From a virus (taxonomy: Duplodnaviria; Caudoviricetes): DNA of 38,477 nt. The DNA lies in IMG/VR virus record IMGVR_UViG_3300014202_001562, positions 1 to 38,477 of that record, one strand, 5' to 3'. The position numbers were made by a program, and so were the translations under genes. The notes under the pieces are model-generated. The model had not been told where the DNA came from, did not search any database, and saw only the letters and a list, made by a program, of their open reading frames with translations. This document shows, piece after piece, positions 8,755 to 18,212 of the stretch (position 1 is its first letter; every line of letters begins with the position of its first letter).

Positions 8755-11336
8755 TGGCTCGCCTCCTCCAGCAACCGCTCCAGCTCCCGGCGTACCTCCC
8801 GGGCCACCCCCGTCGCTGACTGCCCGGACGCGGCGTTGACAATGACATCGCCAATCGTGATGGTGCGCGCCCCGCCGCTGCGCAGAACGTCCGCCGTCGG
8901 CGTGTAGACCGGCGTTGCGCTGCCGCCGCTGCCGCGCAGAATGTCCGCGGTCGGTACGCCGCTCGCATTGAAGGGCGGATCGGGAAATTGCTTGCGAAAG
9001 GCCTTCCAAAATTCCTCAAACTGCTTGAGGGCTGCGTCCTGCTGCTCCTGTTGCGATTTGCGCCAGGCGGCTTGGTAGATGCCCAGATCGCTCAGTTGCT
9101 GAATAAAGCCCTCATTGAGCGCAGCCCGCTCTTCCGCCGCCTGCCGGCTAATCTGCGCCAGGCGCTCGGCGTGGGCGGCGTCCAGTTGGGCCAACTGGCG
9201 GGTGTGGTCGTCAGCCTGGCGCTGGAGCCGGATGGCGCGATCCTCGTCTTCCTGGGCGGTCTGCTGTGCAAAGGCCCGGCGCATATCGGCCAGCCGCTCG
9301 GCGTCGGCCTCCCGAGCGTCCTGGAGCCGGCGCTGATGGGCCTTCAACTCGTCGGCAATGCGTTCGTCCAGGGCGGCTTGAATGTCCTGGCGCTGCTCGC
9401 TGTAGTTCGCTTCAGCGTCCTGCTGCTGCTGGGCGAAGCGCCGCTGCTCTTCACGCACGGCGACGGCATCCAGGCGTGCCGCGGCACTCAGCAGCCGGTC
9501 GCGGTGGTCCCGCTGCGCCCGTTCCCGATTGCGCTGATAGTCCTCTTCCAGTTCTACCAGTCGCTCATTGCTGTCGGCGCGCAGATCGGCTAGCCGCTCG
9601 CTGTAGTCAGCCTGCCAGCGCGTATCCCGGCGCACGGCGTCGGCCTGCAAGTCGGCCACCTGCTGATTATAGGCGGCAATGGCCCGCGCTCGCCCGCGCT
9701 GATAGTCCTCTTCTTCCCGCAGCGCCGCCAGATTGTACTGAGCAATCGTCTCTGTCCGCTGCTGCTCATACTGGCGCTGGGCATCCAGCCGCGCCTGGCC
9801 GGCTTCCCGCTCAATACGGGCGGCCGCGGTGGCCCACTCGCGGATCGCCTGGTCGCGGGCGGCGGTGTCTGGCCGGCTGGGGCCTCTGGCCACCCCACCG
9901 CCTTCCACGTCGGGCGTTGCGCTGCCACCAACCTCTGGCACCATAAAGTTCATAAAGCCGCGTAGGGCATCCCGGTTGCGCTTGGTGAGATTGGCAATCA
10001 TGGCGTCAAACATCTGGTTGGTGGCTGCCTGCAACCCGGCGCCGCCGGCACTCAAATCGGCGCCTACGCGCTGCAAGGCGTTGCCCCCCATGCCGCCCGG
10101 TAACATGCCACCAATGGCACTGACCACACCGCCAATCGACGTAGCCGCGCCGATCACCGCATTGACCAGCGTGCGCAGGGCATTGATCAGCCCCGTGCGG
10201 ATAATGCGGTCCACCTCCGAGAAGGTAAACGCAATGTTGACCAGCAGTTGGCGCAAGCGCAGCCAGGCTTCGCTTAGGCTAAACTGCTGCATCTGTTGGT
10301 TGCCTGTGGCGCCGCCCACCGCGTTGACAATGCCCACACCGGCCGCGGCGCCGGCGCCGGCGGCCAGCGCACCCACGCCCAGCCGCCCCAAGCCGCCCAG
10401 AACGCCCAGCCCCCGCAATTTTTCCGCGGCGATGACCATCTGGTTAAGTAATAGGAGCGCCGGCACCGCCGCAGCGGTGAACGCAATCAAGCCCGCTGCG
10501 GCGGTCGTCAGCCCTGGATGCTCCTCGCGCGACAGGGAGACAAACTCGCGAAACATAGAGAGGATGGGCTGAAGCTGCTCAAAGAGCGGCGTAAAGCCCT
10601 CGGCCAACAATAGGCTGACCTCGTTACGCACCCCCACAAAGGCGTTGGCCATGGCGACCGCGGCCTCCTCGGTGGCGCCGCGGCGCTCCAGAATGTAATC
10701 AAGCGCCTGGCCCAGGTCTTTGAATTTGGCGACGGCGTCATCGACCACATCCTTGGGGATATTGAACCGGCGTTCGAGTGAGATGGTTTGCCCGGCCAAA
10801 AATTCGAGGATGGCAATGGTTTCGCTACCGCGCTGCGCAGCGGGGAAGAGTGAGCGCAGCCTGGCGGCGCGGCTGATCCAGCTATCGAGGTCTTTTGCTC
10901 CCTCCTTGAGTGATGGCAGCAGCGCCCGGCCCAGCTGCACAGCGCCTTCCCACTCCAGGCCATATTTATTGGCGGCGTCAATCAACTGATTGGTGAGCGC
11001 CACCGCCTCTTTTTGGCTGCCGACAAACTGGCGAAAGGCGATGGTGTAGTTGCGGAGATTGAGGGCTCCCTCCAGGCCCAACTTGGTCAGCAGGCCGGCG
11101 CCGGCGCCGATAGCGAGTAGTTCCGCATTGACACTGCGTAGACTGGCGGTGAGGGCAGTAAAGCCGGTGGTCATGCGCTGCGCGCCGGTTGCGCCGCTGT
11201 TCATCGCCTGGTTCAACTGCTGCGCGAGGCCGCGCGCGGTCTGCACCGCCTGCGCCAGTTGGCTGGTATTGAGAACAATTGTTCCTTGCGCGATTCCTAG
11301 ATTTTGGCCGCCACCGATGGCCCCTGCTGGTAACAT
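8751..11336 (-). CDS. Tail tape measure protein
   Basis: 861 aa, Ala/Gly-rich helical protein with hydrophobic segments and a long coiled coil; N-terminal LGIAQGTIVLNTS; downstream of tail tube and chaperone. Confidence 0.9.
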   Translation of the reverse strand: MLPAGAIGGGQNLGIAQGTIVLNTSQLAQAVQTARGLAQQLNQAMNSGATGAQRMTTGFTALTASLRSVNAELLAIGAGAGLLTKLGLEGALNLRNYTIAFRQFVGSQKEAVALTNQLIDAANKYGLEWEGAVQLGRALLPSLKEGAKDLDSWISRAARLRSLFPAAQRGSETIAILEFLAGQTISLERRFNIPKDVVDDAVAKFKDLGQALDYILERRGATEEAAVAMANAFVGVRNEVSLLLAEGFTPLFEQLQPILSMFREFVSLSREEHPGLTTAAAGLIAFTAAAVPALLLLNQMVIAAEKLRGLGVLGGLGRLGVGALAAGAGAAAGVGIVNAVGGATGNQQMQQFSLSEAWLRLRQLLVNIAFTFSEVDRIIRTGLINALRTLVNAVIGAATSIGGVVSAIGGMLPGGMGGNALQRVGADLSAGGAGLQAATNQMFDAMIANLTKRNRDALRGFMNFMVPEVGGSATPDVEGGGVARGPSRPDTAARDQAIREWATAAARIEREAGQARLDAQRQYEQQRTETIAQYNLAALREEEDYQRGRARAIAAYNQQVADLQADAVRRDTRWQADYSERLADLRADSNERLVELEEDYQRNRERAQRDHRDRLLSAAARLDAVAVREEQRRFAQQQQDAEANYSEQRQDIQAALDERIADELKAHQRRLQDAREADAERLADMRRAFAQQTAQEDEDRAIRLQRQADDHTRQLAQLDAAHAERLAQISRQAAEERAALNEGFIQQLSDLGIYQAAWRKSQQEQQDAALKQFEEFWKAFRKQFPDPPFNASGVPTADILRGSGGSATPVYTPTADVLRSGGARTITIGDVIVNAASGQSATGVAREVRRELERLLEEASQ

Positions 11337-11337
11337 G

Positions 11338-11736
11338 CTACTCCCTGATCATCTGGCCCGCGGCCAGTTCCAGTTGGATATCGCGCCAGATGACCGGCGC
11401 CCACGTATCGATGGCCGGCCCAACAATCGCAAAGCGCCCCCCCTGCATCGTTTCCAGGTAGAGGCCACCGTAATCCGTGCCATGCTGCAATAGGATTAGC
11501 GCGGCTTGGCCGGTGATGTCGATCACCTCGGCTTTGAGCGTCGCCCGCGCCTGGCCGGTGCGATCCGTCCAGGGCGCGTTGGCGCGCATCCACGCCTCGA
11601 TCTTGGCGGCATTGCGGTTGGCGACCCGTTCCACCTGCCGCCGCACCTGCGCCGCCCTGACCTCCCCTAGCCACTCGACCAGGCGTGCCGGGGTGAATCC
11701 GCTCCACTCGATTTTCCAGTTGAACCAACCAGCCAT
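11338..11736 (-). CDS. HK97 gp10-like tail/neck component
   Basis: Motif MRANAPWTDRTGQAR...HGTDYGGLYLE...GRFAIVGPAI recalled as typical of this phage family. Confidence 0.75.
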   Translation of the reverse strand: MAGWFNWKIEWSGFTPARLVEWLGEVRAAQVRRQVERVANRNAAKIEAWMRANAPWTDRTGQARATLKAEVIDITGQAALILLQHGTDYGGLYLETMQGGRFAIVGPAIDTWAPVIWRDIQLELAAGQMIRE

Positions 11737-11758
11737 GCTTCGACTCCGCTCAGCAACC

Positions 11759-12076
11759 TCAGCCCACCTCATCCACGATCAACCCCTCAACATCCCCCGG
11801 CAATTCCTCATCGCCGCCGACCCCCTCGCCAAGCACAAAGCCCGGTGTGAGCAACTGTTGCAGCGTATACCGGTTGACCCACTTGGGGGCCCGCTCGCCG
11901 CCTGCGTTGATCTGCTCTTGAGACGCATTCTCAATGGTCGTGCCCAACAGCACCACCGCGCTGTCCAACTGGAGCGCGGCCCAGCGATCAGTAACGCCCA
12001 CCAGGTCACTGGGCCGGCTGTGGCTGCCCTTCGCCGTCAGGTACAGGCTCCATAGTTGCCTTCGGTTCATAACGAA
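11759..12076 (-). CDS. Tail assembly chaperone C-terminal extension (gpT-like), reached by +1 frameshift
   Basis: Open +1 frame (FVMNRRQLWSLY...) overlapping the end of 12006..12536, entered at TTT-CGT (12077-12072). Confidence 0.7.
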   Translation of the reverse strand, partial: FVMNRRQLWSLYLTAKGSHSRPSDLVGVTDRWAALQLDSAVVLLGTTIENASQEQINAGGERAPKWVNRYTLQQLLTPGFVLGEGVGGDEELPGDVEGLIVDEVG

Positions 12077-12536
12077 AGTGTTGCAGCGCGGCCGCACCTC
12101 GGAGCGCCAGCGTGAACACGTGTACCTTGTCGGCCAGATCCAGGTCTTCCAGACTGATTTCATCCTCAGCCTGGGGATCGTCCACAATGAGCGGGGTGAC
12201 AAAGGCCGCCTTGCACACCAGATCGCACACCCGTTCGATTTGCGCCAGGTCGCCGGCGGCTAGCTTCAGCGTTTCCGGCGTGGCGCCCTCCTCGGTGGCC
12301 GCCACCATGCCCAGCGTCTGGGCAATGGTTTCGGCGGTGGCGTCGGCGCCGGCGAAGAGCATTCTGGCCACCAAGGGCGTCAGGATGTCGAGAATCTCGC
12401 CCTCTTGCGCCAGCTTTTCGGGTGGGACGGGGCGCAGGTGGGCAATGTTGCCGCTGGGCAATTCGATAGGTACGCCTTGCGTGCGCACCCCCCGCCATTG
12501 GGCGCCGGATGTGGCGCTGAGTAGTTTGGGCGCCAT
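12006..12536 (-). CDS. Tail assembly chaperone (gpG-like)
   Basis: Directly after the tail tube gene; acidic; IELPSG motif; ...QHFR... frameshift site near the C-terminus. Confidence 0.8.
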   Translation of the reverse strand: MAPKLLSATSGAQWRGVRTQGVPIELPSGNIAHLRPVPPEKLAQEGEILDILTPLVARMLFAGADATAETIAQTLGMVAATEEGATPETLKLAAGDLAQIERVCDLVCKAAFVTPLIVDDPQAEDEISLEDLDLADKVHVFTLALRGAAALQHFRYEPKATMEPVPDGEGQPQPAQ

Positions 12537-13087
12537 TAGCTAAATCCTGTCGTGGTGCGCAGGGGAATCTCCAGGCCGGTCAGGGCGGTGAATTTGCGCT
12601 GCCGTAAGATACCGTTGGTGCTGCCCTCGTACACGGCTTGTAGTTCCATTGCCGGAATCAGGTATTGATTGAGCTGGGCCTGGTATTGGATGTTGCCGGC
12701 GATTTTGCATTTGGGCGCAAAAATGTGGAGGTCAGAGCCGCCGCCGCTGCCAACGATGCGGCCGGCCACGGCGATATAGGGAACCTCGTCGGTCTCCCCG
12801 ATCATGAAATCCTCGTAGCTGGCATTGGAAACGAGCGTGCCGCCCAGCAGGATGTCAAGAACATTCAGATCGACCGACGCCATTGCTAGACGGAACGTAG
12901 CGGAAATGATGCGGGTGTAGCGATCGAGCACCACGTCATCCCCCTCGAGCATATCTGTGGTGACCACATACTCCAGGGTCATCTCACGTGCGCCCAAAAT
13001 CGGGTAATCGGTGCCAAACGTGTTTTCACTTGTCCAACTGGCCAGGTGCATCTCGCGAAGCCCCCTGTGAAAGGTCTGTAACGCCAT
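12536..13087 (-). CDS. Major tail (tube) protein
   Basis: 183 aa beta-rich protein; RBS AGGAG; LEGDDVVL segment; position before the chaperone. Confidence 0.75.
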   Translation of the reverse strand: MALQTFHRGLREMHLASWTSENTFGTDYPILGAREMTLEYVVTTDMLEGDDVVLDRYTRIISATFRLAMASVDLNVLDILLGGTLVSNASYEDFMIGETDEVPYIAVAGRIVGSGGGSDLHIFAPKCKIAGNIQYQAQLNQYLIPAMELQAVYEGSTNGILRQRKFTALTGLEIPLRTTTGFS

Positions 13088-13096
13088 AGAAAACTC

Positions 13097-13552
13097 CTAT
13101 TCTTGAATCGAGTACACAACAAAATCAATCCGTGACATTGCGGCGTTACGCAGCGCCCCCGGATCACGCAGATTGCCCAGGCTGTTGACCCAGAACACTT
13201 CCAGCGAATCAGCAAACTGATAGCCCTCGAACAGCGTGTAGAGCCGCCCCTTGGCGCTCTGGATGGCGCTGTAGCCGGCGCCGGCATCGGCGTAAAGGTA
13301 AATCTCCACGACTTGACTGGCGCTCGCTTTCTGGGCCAGCGGGTCACGCGCGGCGCCGTCCGGCACCAGGTCACGCTGGTGAATCAGCGCACAGGGTTTG
13401 AGGTAGCCATTCGCATCAAAAACAGAAGGCGTGGTTTCACGAGCCAGGCCCTCCACACCGGTCGCCTCTTTGGCCCACACGCCGCCGGTGAGAATGGCCA
13501 TCAGGGTGGCGTCAGCCTCCATGACCGTCTCAAAGTCCGTTTCGCGACTCAT
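13097..13552 (-). CDS. Putative tail terminator / completion protein
   Basis: Position directly before the tail tube; MEADATLMAILTGGVW N-terminus resembles tail-completion proteins. Confidence 0.6.
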   Translation of the reverse strand: MSRETDFETVMEADATLMAILTGGVWAKEATGVEGLARETTPSVFDANGYLKPCALIHQRDLVPDGAARDPLAQKASASQVVEIYLYADAGAGYSAIQSAKGRLYTLFEGYQFADSLEVFWVNSLGNLRDPGALRNAAMSRIDFVVYSIQE

Positions 13553-13709
13553 GCGTCATCTCCTCTACAAAGGCGATCAGATCCCGGCAATACTCCTCGG
13601 TCGGCGTAAAGCCGTACTCAATCTCAATCGCCGTGCGCACCAAGGCCACATCGTGCATATCCGCAATCTGGCGTAAAGTGGTAGGGCCATCGTGGTACTT
13701 GGGCGTCAC
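13530..13709 (-). CDS. Small hypothetical protein
   Basis: Part of track ORF 13530..13742; GTG at 13709 overlaps the upstream stop (GTGA). Confidence 0.5.
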   Translation of the reverse strand: MTPKYHDGPTTLRQIADMHDVALVRTAIEIEYGFTPTEEYCRDLIAFVEEMTHESRNGL

Positions 13710-14383
13710 GGGTGGTAACAAATGAGTGATGGATCCAGCCATAGCTCACCTCCCTGTTTATGCAACTCGCGACAGAAGCCGACGAAACAATCTTCGGGGA
13801 AGTGCAGCCACTGGGCCAACTTCCAACGCAGCGCGATGCAACTGCCGGCGCTGTCCAGCTTGAGCATCTGGCCGGCCACGATGTCAGGGTGATAGGGCGG
13901 GCGCTTAGTGAAGCGCAACCCGCTACAGCGGCTTCCCCAAGTATCGTAGTAGGTGACCTTCGGCGGGCTATCCAGAATCATCGGCGCCACCGCCGGATAG
14001 ACCGTCAACATCTCCAGCAGGCCCACCATCGTTTCCGGCTCCCAAATCAAATCAGACTCGACGTAGATCACGGCGTCGGTGTCGTCGGGGATGGCCGCCC
14101 AAATCTGATTGCCCACGTAGGCCAACTGCTGGAAGCGCTGCTGGCTTTCGATGCTACCAAAGGCCGGCCCGCCGTGCGTACAGTCGGTAATGGCCGCTTT
14201 GAAACGGTACGTAGCCGCCTGGAGCGTTTTCAGCGTATCGTCGGTGCTATCCCCCTCGCCCCACACGAAGCGCAACGTATGGCCACGATCATGCAACGCT
14301 GTATCTAGGGCGTGAATCTGGGCAAAGTAGCGCTGGAGATACTCGCAACTATTTCTAAAACTCGAGCAGAGCGTCACATTCAT
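13706..14383 (-). CDS. GT-A fold glycosyltransferase (GT2/Anp1-like)
   Basis: SSFRNS..YLQRYF, EGDSTDDT, VIYVESDLIW (DxD-equivalent), SAGSC; ATGA overlap with the acyltransferase stop. Confidence 0.75.
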   Translation of the reverse strand: MNVTLCSSFRNSCEYLQRYFAQIHALDTALHDRGHTLRFVWGEGDSTDDTLKTLQAATYRFKAAITDCTHGGPAFGSIESQQRFQQLAYVGNQIWAAIPDDTDAVIYVESDLIWEPETMVGLLEMLTVYPAVAPMILDSPPKVTYYDTWGSRCSGLRFTKRPPYHPDIVAGQMLKLDSAGSCIALRWKLAQWLHFPEDCFVGFCRELHKQGGELWLDPSLICYHP

Positions 14384-14898
14384 CTGGCGAATACCTCCCG
14401 GTCTCCAATCTTGCGCGCCGGCACCCCGCCCCAGACTTCCCACGCCGGCACATCACGCACTACCACGGCGCCGGCGGCAACGATGGCGCCCGTTCCAATC
14501 TCGACGCCAGGCGAAACTACAGCGCTACTGAATAGCACCACATACTCCCCAATGATGGTTCGGTGTCGAACAACGTGGCAACGTTCGGCAGGTTCAGCGG
14601 CTGAAATATGTAGATACGTAAGGTCAGGGTAGCCGCCGGCAATTTTGACTCCACTGGCGCAGCCAGAGTGAGCGCCGAAAACCACTTCACCCCCACCCCC
14701 GTTGATGTGGCTAAAGCTGGCGATATGGACGCGTTCACCGATGGTAACACCCTGCCCCCCTTCGATTTTGATCAGCCCGTCCAAGCGCGCATAGGCGCCA
14801 ATTGAGATCATGTCGGGGCGCAAGAAAATCGACAGATGGGGGTCGAGAATTTGCGCCCCTTGCCCTAGGTGCCGAAACTCCCACGGTGCGAATTTCAT
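14380..14898 (-). CDS. Hexapeptide-repeat (left-handed beta-helix) acyltransferase
   Basis: Repeats ISIGAY, VTIGERVHI, TIIGEYV, VEIGTGAIVAAGAVVVRDVP and GGVPARKI. Confidence 0.9.
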   Translation of the reverse strand: MKFAPWEFRHLGQGAQILDPHLSIFLRPDMISIGAYARLDGLIKIEGGQGVTIGERVHIASFSHINGGGGEVVFGAHSGCASGVKIAGGYPDLTYLHISAAEPAERCHVVRHRTIIGEYVVLFSSAVVSPGVEIGTGAIVAAGAVVVRDVPAWEVWGGVPARKIGDREVFAR

Positions 14899-14902
14899 CA
14901 GC

Positions 14903-15286
14903 CTACACCGCCTCGAATAGCCCTTGTATCTCCCCAAGGGTTAAAATCACCGCTTCGCACCTATACTCGTCGTTGCCCACGGTAAACCTATAACCTTCTT
15001 TTATGTCGGTATTTGCCTGTGTTGCATGGTTACGCACGCCGAATACCACAATCTTTCTACTGGTCGCCTTGCCCGCTTCACTCATTGCGCTACTGGTCGA
15101 GCTATCGCTTTCGATCCGCACCGTCTGCGCGCTGAGGGTCACGCCGGCCGGCGTGCGGAAAGCGACCGATGACGGCTTATCGTTGATGCGGCGCCAGGCC
15201 AGGGCAGCCCGGTCTTGTTCGACGGCGGTCGGCAGGGCCGCCAGGTCGCCGGCATCACCCAGCCAGGCAGAGAGTAAGATACTCAC
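14903..15286 (-). CDS. Putative head closure / head-tail adaptor
   Basis: 127 aa; TDIKEGYRFTVGNDEYRCEAV resembles head-closure proteins; position. Confidence 0.6.
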   Translation of the reverse strand: MSILLSAWLGDAGDLAALPTAVEQDRAALAWRRINDKPSSVAFRTPAGVTLSAQTVRIESDSSTSSAMSEAGKATSRKIVVFGVRNHATQANTDIKEGYRFTVGNDEYRCEAVILTLGEIQGLFEAV

Positions 15287-15648
15287 GCGTCCAATCCCTC
15301 GTGCACCATCGTGTTGAAGTAGCTGAGCGCCTTTTCGTATTCGGTAATGGTCACCGCATAGCGCCGTGCGCGCTCACTGCGGTCATCGGGCCTGGCTGCC
15401 TTCAACTTGCGCCAGGTTGCAACGAGTGTGTTCCAAATCTCTTCGTCTACCGTGGCCGGCTCATCGAGCGCGACCGATAACCAGGAATCGGCAATGGCCG
15501 CTTTTGCCGCCAGCTCCCAACCTTGCTGAATCTCTGGTTTTATTTCGCTCCATTGGGGGATGGGCTTATGGTCGTAGGTCTTACCGCCCACCGCGGCGCC
15601 ATACGCCTCAAAGGCGATTTGGCCCGCTGTTTTCGTGTCGTTTGGCAT
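15283..15648 (-). CDS. Hypothetical phage protein
   Basis: ATG 15648 just after the upstream stop; GQIAFEAY...GGKTYD..PIPQWSE pattern seen in phage proteins. Confidence 0.7.
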   Translation of the reverse strand: MPNDTKTAGQIAFEAYGAAVGGKTYDHKPIPQWSEIKPEIQQGWELAAKAAIADSWLSVALDEPATVDEEIWNTLVATWRKLKAARPDDRSERARRYAVTITEYEKALSYFNTMVHEGLDA

Positions 15649-15652
15649 AGGC

Positions 15653-16021
15653 TTACCCTTCGGGATATTCGCGCACCTTGACCGGCTTGCGCCGCACGCT
15701 GCCGAAGCGCGCCGCTCCGCTGCCGGCAGCGGCCACGGCGTCATCGACCTTGTCTTCCCACACCTTGAGTAACTCTTTCAGATGCTTGAAGACATCACTC
15801 AGATTCTCGGTGCTCTCATTTTGGCGGTAGGTGGTCAGCTTGGCGCTACTGGCCAAGACCCCCTGGATCGCCAACACTCGTGTGTACGCGGCAATCGTGG
15901 CCGTGTCCGTGTATCGTTCGCCGGCCTCCTCGAACAGGTCGTCGGCATCGTCGTCACTCAGCGCCGCCTCCGATGCACCCACATCCCGGCGCAAGCGCGC
16001 CTGCTCTGCCTCTGTGGCCAC
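15653..16021 (-). CDS. Putative head-tail connector
   Basis: GTG overlaps the upstream TAG; helical RLRRDVG...LSDDD motif; lies downstream of the capsid gene. Confidence 0.65.
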   Translation of the reverse strand: MATEAEQARLRRDVGASEAALSDDDADDLFEEAGERYTDTATIAAYTRVLAIQGVLASSAKLTTYRQNESTENLSDVFKHLKELLKVWEDKVDDAVAAAGSGAARFGSVRRKPVKVREYPEG

Positions 16022-17064
16022 TAGCTCACCTCTTTCCACACATCTAGTACACCCTGCGCAAACCGGCCCCAGGTGTACATGGCGCCGACCGCGGGCGCTT
16101 GCGCTTGCGCCCGGGCCTGGTATTCTTCCCGGCGGTTCGCCACGTCGCGCAGCATGGCCACCAGGTCGACGGTGTCTACCTCGGCCCACTCGCCCAGATC
16201 CATCTTGCTCAGCCGCCCGTGGTGGCTCCAGTCGGCCCGTACCCGCCGGCAGGGGAGGGGCACGCCCCACGCATCAATGTCATCGGCGGTGCCGGCGAAA
16301 TTGGTGGCCAGGGCAATACACCCGCAGGCTGCCGCCTGCCTTGGCAGCAAGCCAAAGCCCTCTCCACGTGTATTGGCGATCATGGCATCGGCGCGATAAA
16401 ACAGGTCTCGCATCTGCGTCTCGCTGTAATCCTCTTGGATTAGCTCGATATTGGGGTTGAGGATGGTAGCGTTGATTTTACTCTTCCGCCCCTTGAGAAT
16501 TAATTTGTACCCCGTGTCATCCCCAAAGGCGGCAATAAATGCGTCCATCGCCTGAATGCCCCCTTTACGCAGCCCACGATCAATGAATGCCAAAAAGGTA
16601 AAAGGTCGGCTGTCACAGCGTGGCGCCGGCCTGTAGATCTCGTTGACACCCAACGGGATTACATGAATAGGTACGGTTACGCCGGCCTCGCGGAAGATAT
16701 CGCGGCAAAAGCGGCAGGGTGTCACAATGGCACTGCACGCATTTAGCGGGCGATCCCAGCCCTCTGGAATCTTCGAGCTTTCAAACATCGTGACCGCCAC
16801 CCTTGGCCCCATCTGCAACAGGGGATTGGGGTATTGCACGTGTGTTGTCGGATACCCGCCGAAGATGCCACCCATCCCGGCGCGCACGGGCTGCCGGATC
16901 AGAGCGGCAATCTCCGCATCCTGAAAGGCCACCTCGCGCGGCCCCAGGCTGTATAGGTTGACATAGTTGCCCAGCCGCTGTAGATGCCGGCCTAGCTCGA
17001 TGGCGATCAGACCAAAGGAATCTGCCGGATCCAGCGCGCCGGGCGTGCAAACGTTGAGAATCAT
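16021..17064 (-). CDS. GT-B glycosyltransferase (GT4/group 1)
   Basis: TMFES, IHVIPLGVN, RKG, FYRADAMI, GEGFGLLPRQAAACG signature. Confidence 0.9.
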   Translation of the reverse strand: MILNVCTPGALDPADSFGLIAIELGRHLQRLGNYVNLYSLGPREVAFQDAEIAALIRQPVRAGMGGIFGGYPTTHVQYPNPLLQMGPRVAVTMFESSKIPEGWDRPLNACSAIVTPCRFCRDIFREAGVTVPIHVIPLGVNEIYRPAPRCDSRPFTFLAFIDRGLRKGGIQAMDAFIAAFGDDTGYKLILKGRKSKINATILNPNIELIQEDYSETQMRDLFYRADAMIANTRGEGFGLLPRQAAACGCIALATNFAGTADDIDAWGVPLPCRRVRADWSHHGRLSKMDLGEWAEVDTVDLVAMLRDVANRREEYQARAQAQAPAVGAMYTWGRFAQGVLDVWKEVS

Positions 17065-17081
17065 AGCGTGTCAGCCCCCCT

Positions 17082-17121
17082 GTAATGTATGGGCCGGCGA
17101 CTTGACCGGCCCATACATTAC
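17082..17121 (-). repeat. 16-bp perfect hairpin at the major capsid stop codon
   Basis: GTAATGTATGGGCCGG-N8-CCGGCCCATACATTAC; no U-tract. Confidence 0.85.
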
Positions 17122-18134
17122 GGCCAGGTGATCTCCTCGACTGCACGCAGCGGATTTGCATAAACACCATAGTAGCAATCGTATACCCGCTGGGTAACAA
17201 ACCGACTGGCATCCATGTCTTCGCCGTCCAAGCGCAAATCCTGCTTGACATAGGACTTGAAATCCATCATGCGGTTCGCCTTGTCGATCAGATAGCCCTT
17301 GCCGGAAGTTACGCCGCTGTAGGTGGTTGTCTTGTTGCCACGCGTGCCAGTCCAGCCATCATAGACAATCACGTCTTGAATCTGGCTGATTGCGCTGCTC
17401 TGTAACTGCACACCCTCCTGTGGCACGCGGAACAGGGCTTTCTCAACGCGGAACGCCTGAGCGCTACTAACGAGCAATGAATATGGCCCGCGGCGCGGGT
17501 TACTGGTGTCTGTCTTGGACGCCGTAATGGCCGCCTCGATTGTGAGCAGAATATCTTCCTGGTCGGTTGCGCCAGAACTTACAGCGCCGGTCTGATTGGC
17601 GCTCCCGTAGCTGTATGTCAGAATCGGTGCAAAGTGCAGATTGTTCAGAAGGGCAGAATGGGCGATTCCAGCTTGACGCTCTACAATCGCCACATCCCAC
17701 AGGCGATTGTACGTCACGAGATCCTTTGTGTACTCTAGCCCAGCGCCATAATGCCGGATCCGCACGCTCTCTTCCGAGCTGCCCACCGTGACGAATTTGA
17801 CCTCGCCCCCTTCGAGCACTTCTTCAAACACCACGCCACCCGGCCCGATCTTGTAAATATTGATCAATTCAGGCAGGTTGGGGTCATTGATTACATCGTA
17901 AATGGGCGCGTAGAGAATAGGTTCTTCGTCGCGTCCGGCATCCACTTCAAACTGCTGGCGCTGATTCCATTCATCGCTGAACGAATCAGACCCAATAAAT
18001 TCATAGACTCGCTTGCTGGAGCCGCCGCCGTCGCGGATTTCACGCAGGTGATCAGCCAGCCGCAGCCCCTTGGGAAAAGCGATTTTGGGGCGCTCCTTGG
18101 CGAGCAGATCCTTGCTCCAAATCTTAATGCTCAT
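17118..18134 (-). CDS. Major capsid protein
   Basis: 338 aa; strong RBS (GAAGGAG); follows scaffold and decoration genes; FEEVLEGGEVK...IRHYG pattern typical of HK97-fold capsids. Confidence 0.8.
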   Translation of the reverse strand: MSIKIWSKDLLAKERPKIAFPKGLRLADHLREIRDGGGSSKRVYEFIGSDSFSDEWNQRQQFEVDAGRDEEPILYAPIYDVINDPNLPELINIYKIGPGGVVFEEVLEGGEVKFVTVGSSEESVRIRHYGAGLEYTKDLVTYNRLWDVAIVERQAGIAHSALLNNLHFAPILTYSYGSANQTGAVSSGATDQEDILLTIEAAITASKTDTSNPRRGPYSLLVSSAQAFRVEKALFRVPQEGVQLQSSAISQIQDVIVYDGWTGTRGNKTTTYSGVTSGKGYLIDKANRMMDFKSYVKQDLRLDGEDMDASRFVTQRVYDCYYGVYANPLRAVEEITWP

Positions 18135-18212
18135 ACTCAGTGCTCCTTCAGGCTCACAGCCTGGTAAACTCAGACATTCGTCAGCGTCACTTCAACGCTG
18201 GATCAGCGCTGC

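Noticed and set aside
6393-11493. Long + strand ORFs opposite the tail genes (e.g. 6393..7055, 8988..9593, 9829..10572)
   Set aside because: Shadow ORFs typical of GC-rich DNA: no RBS or domain motifs, unlike 23228..24112.
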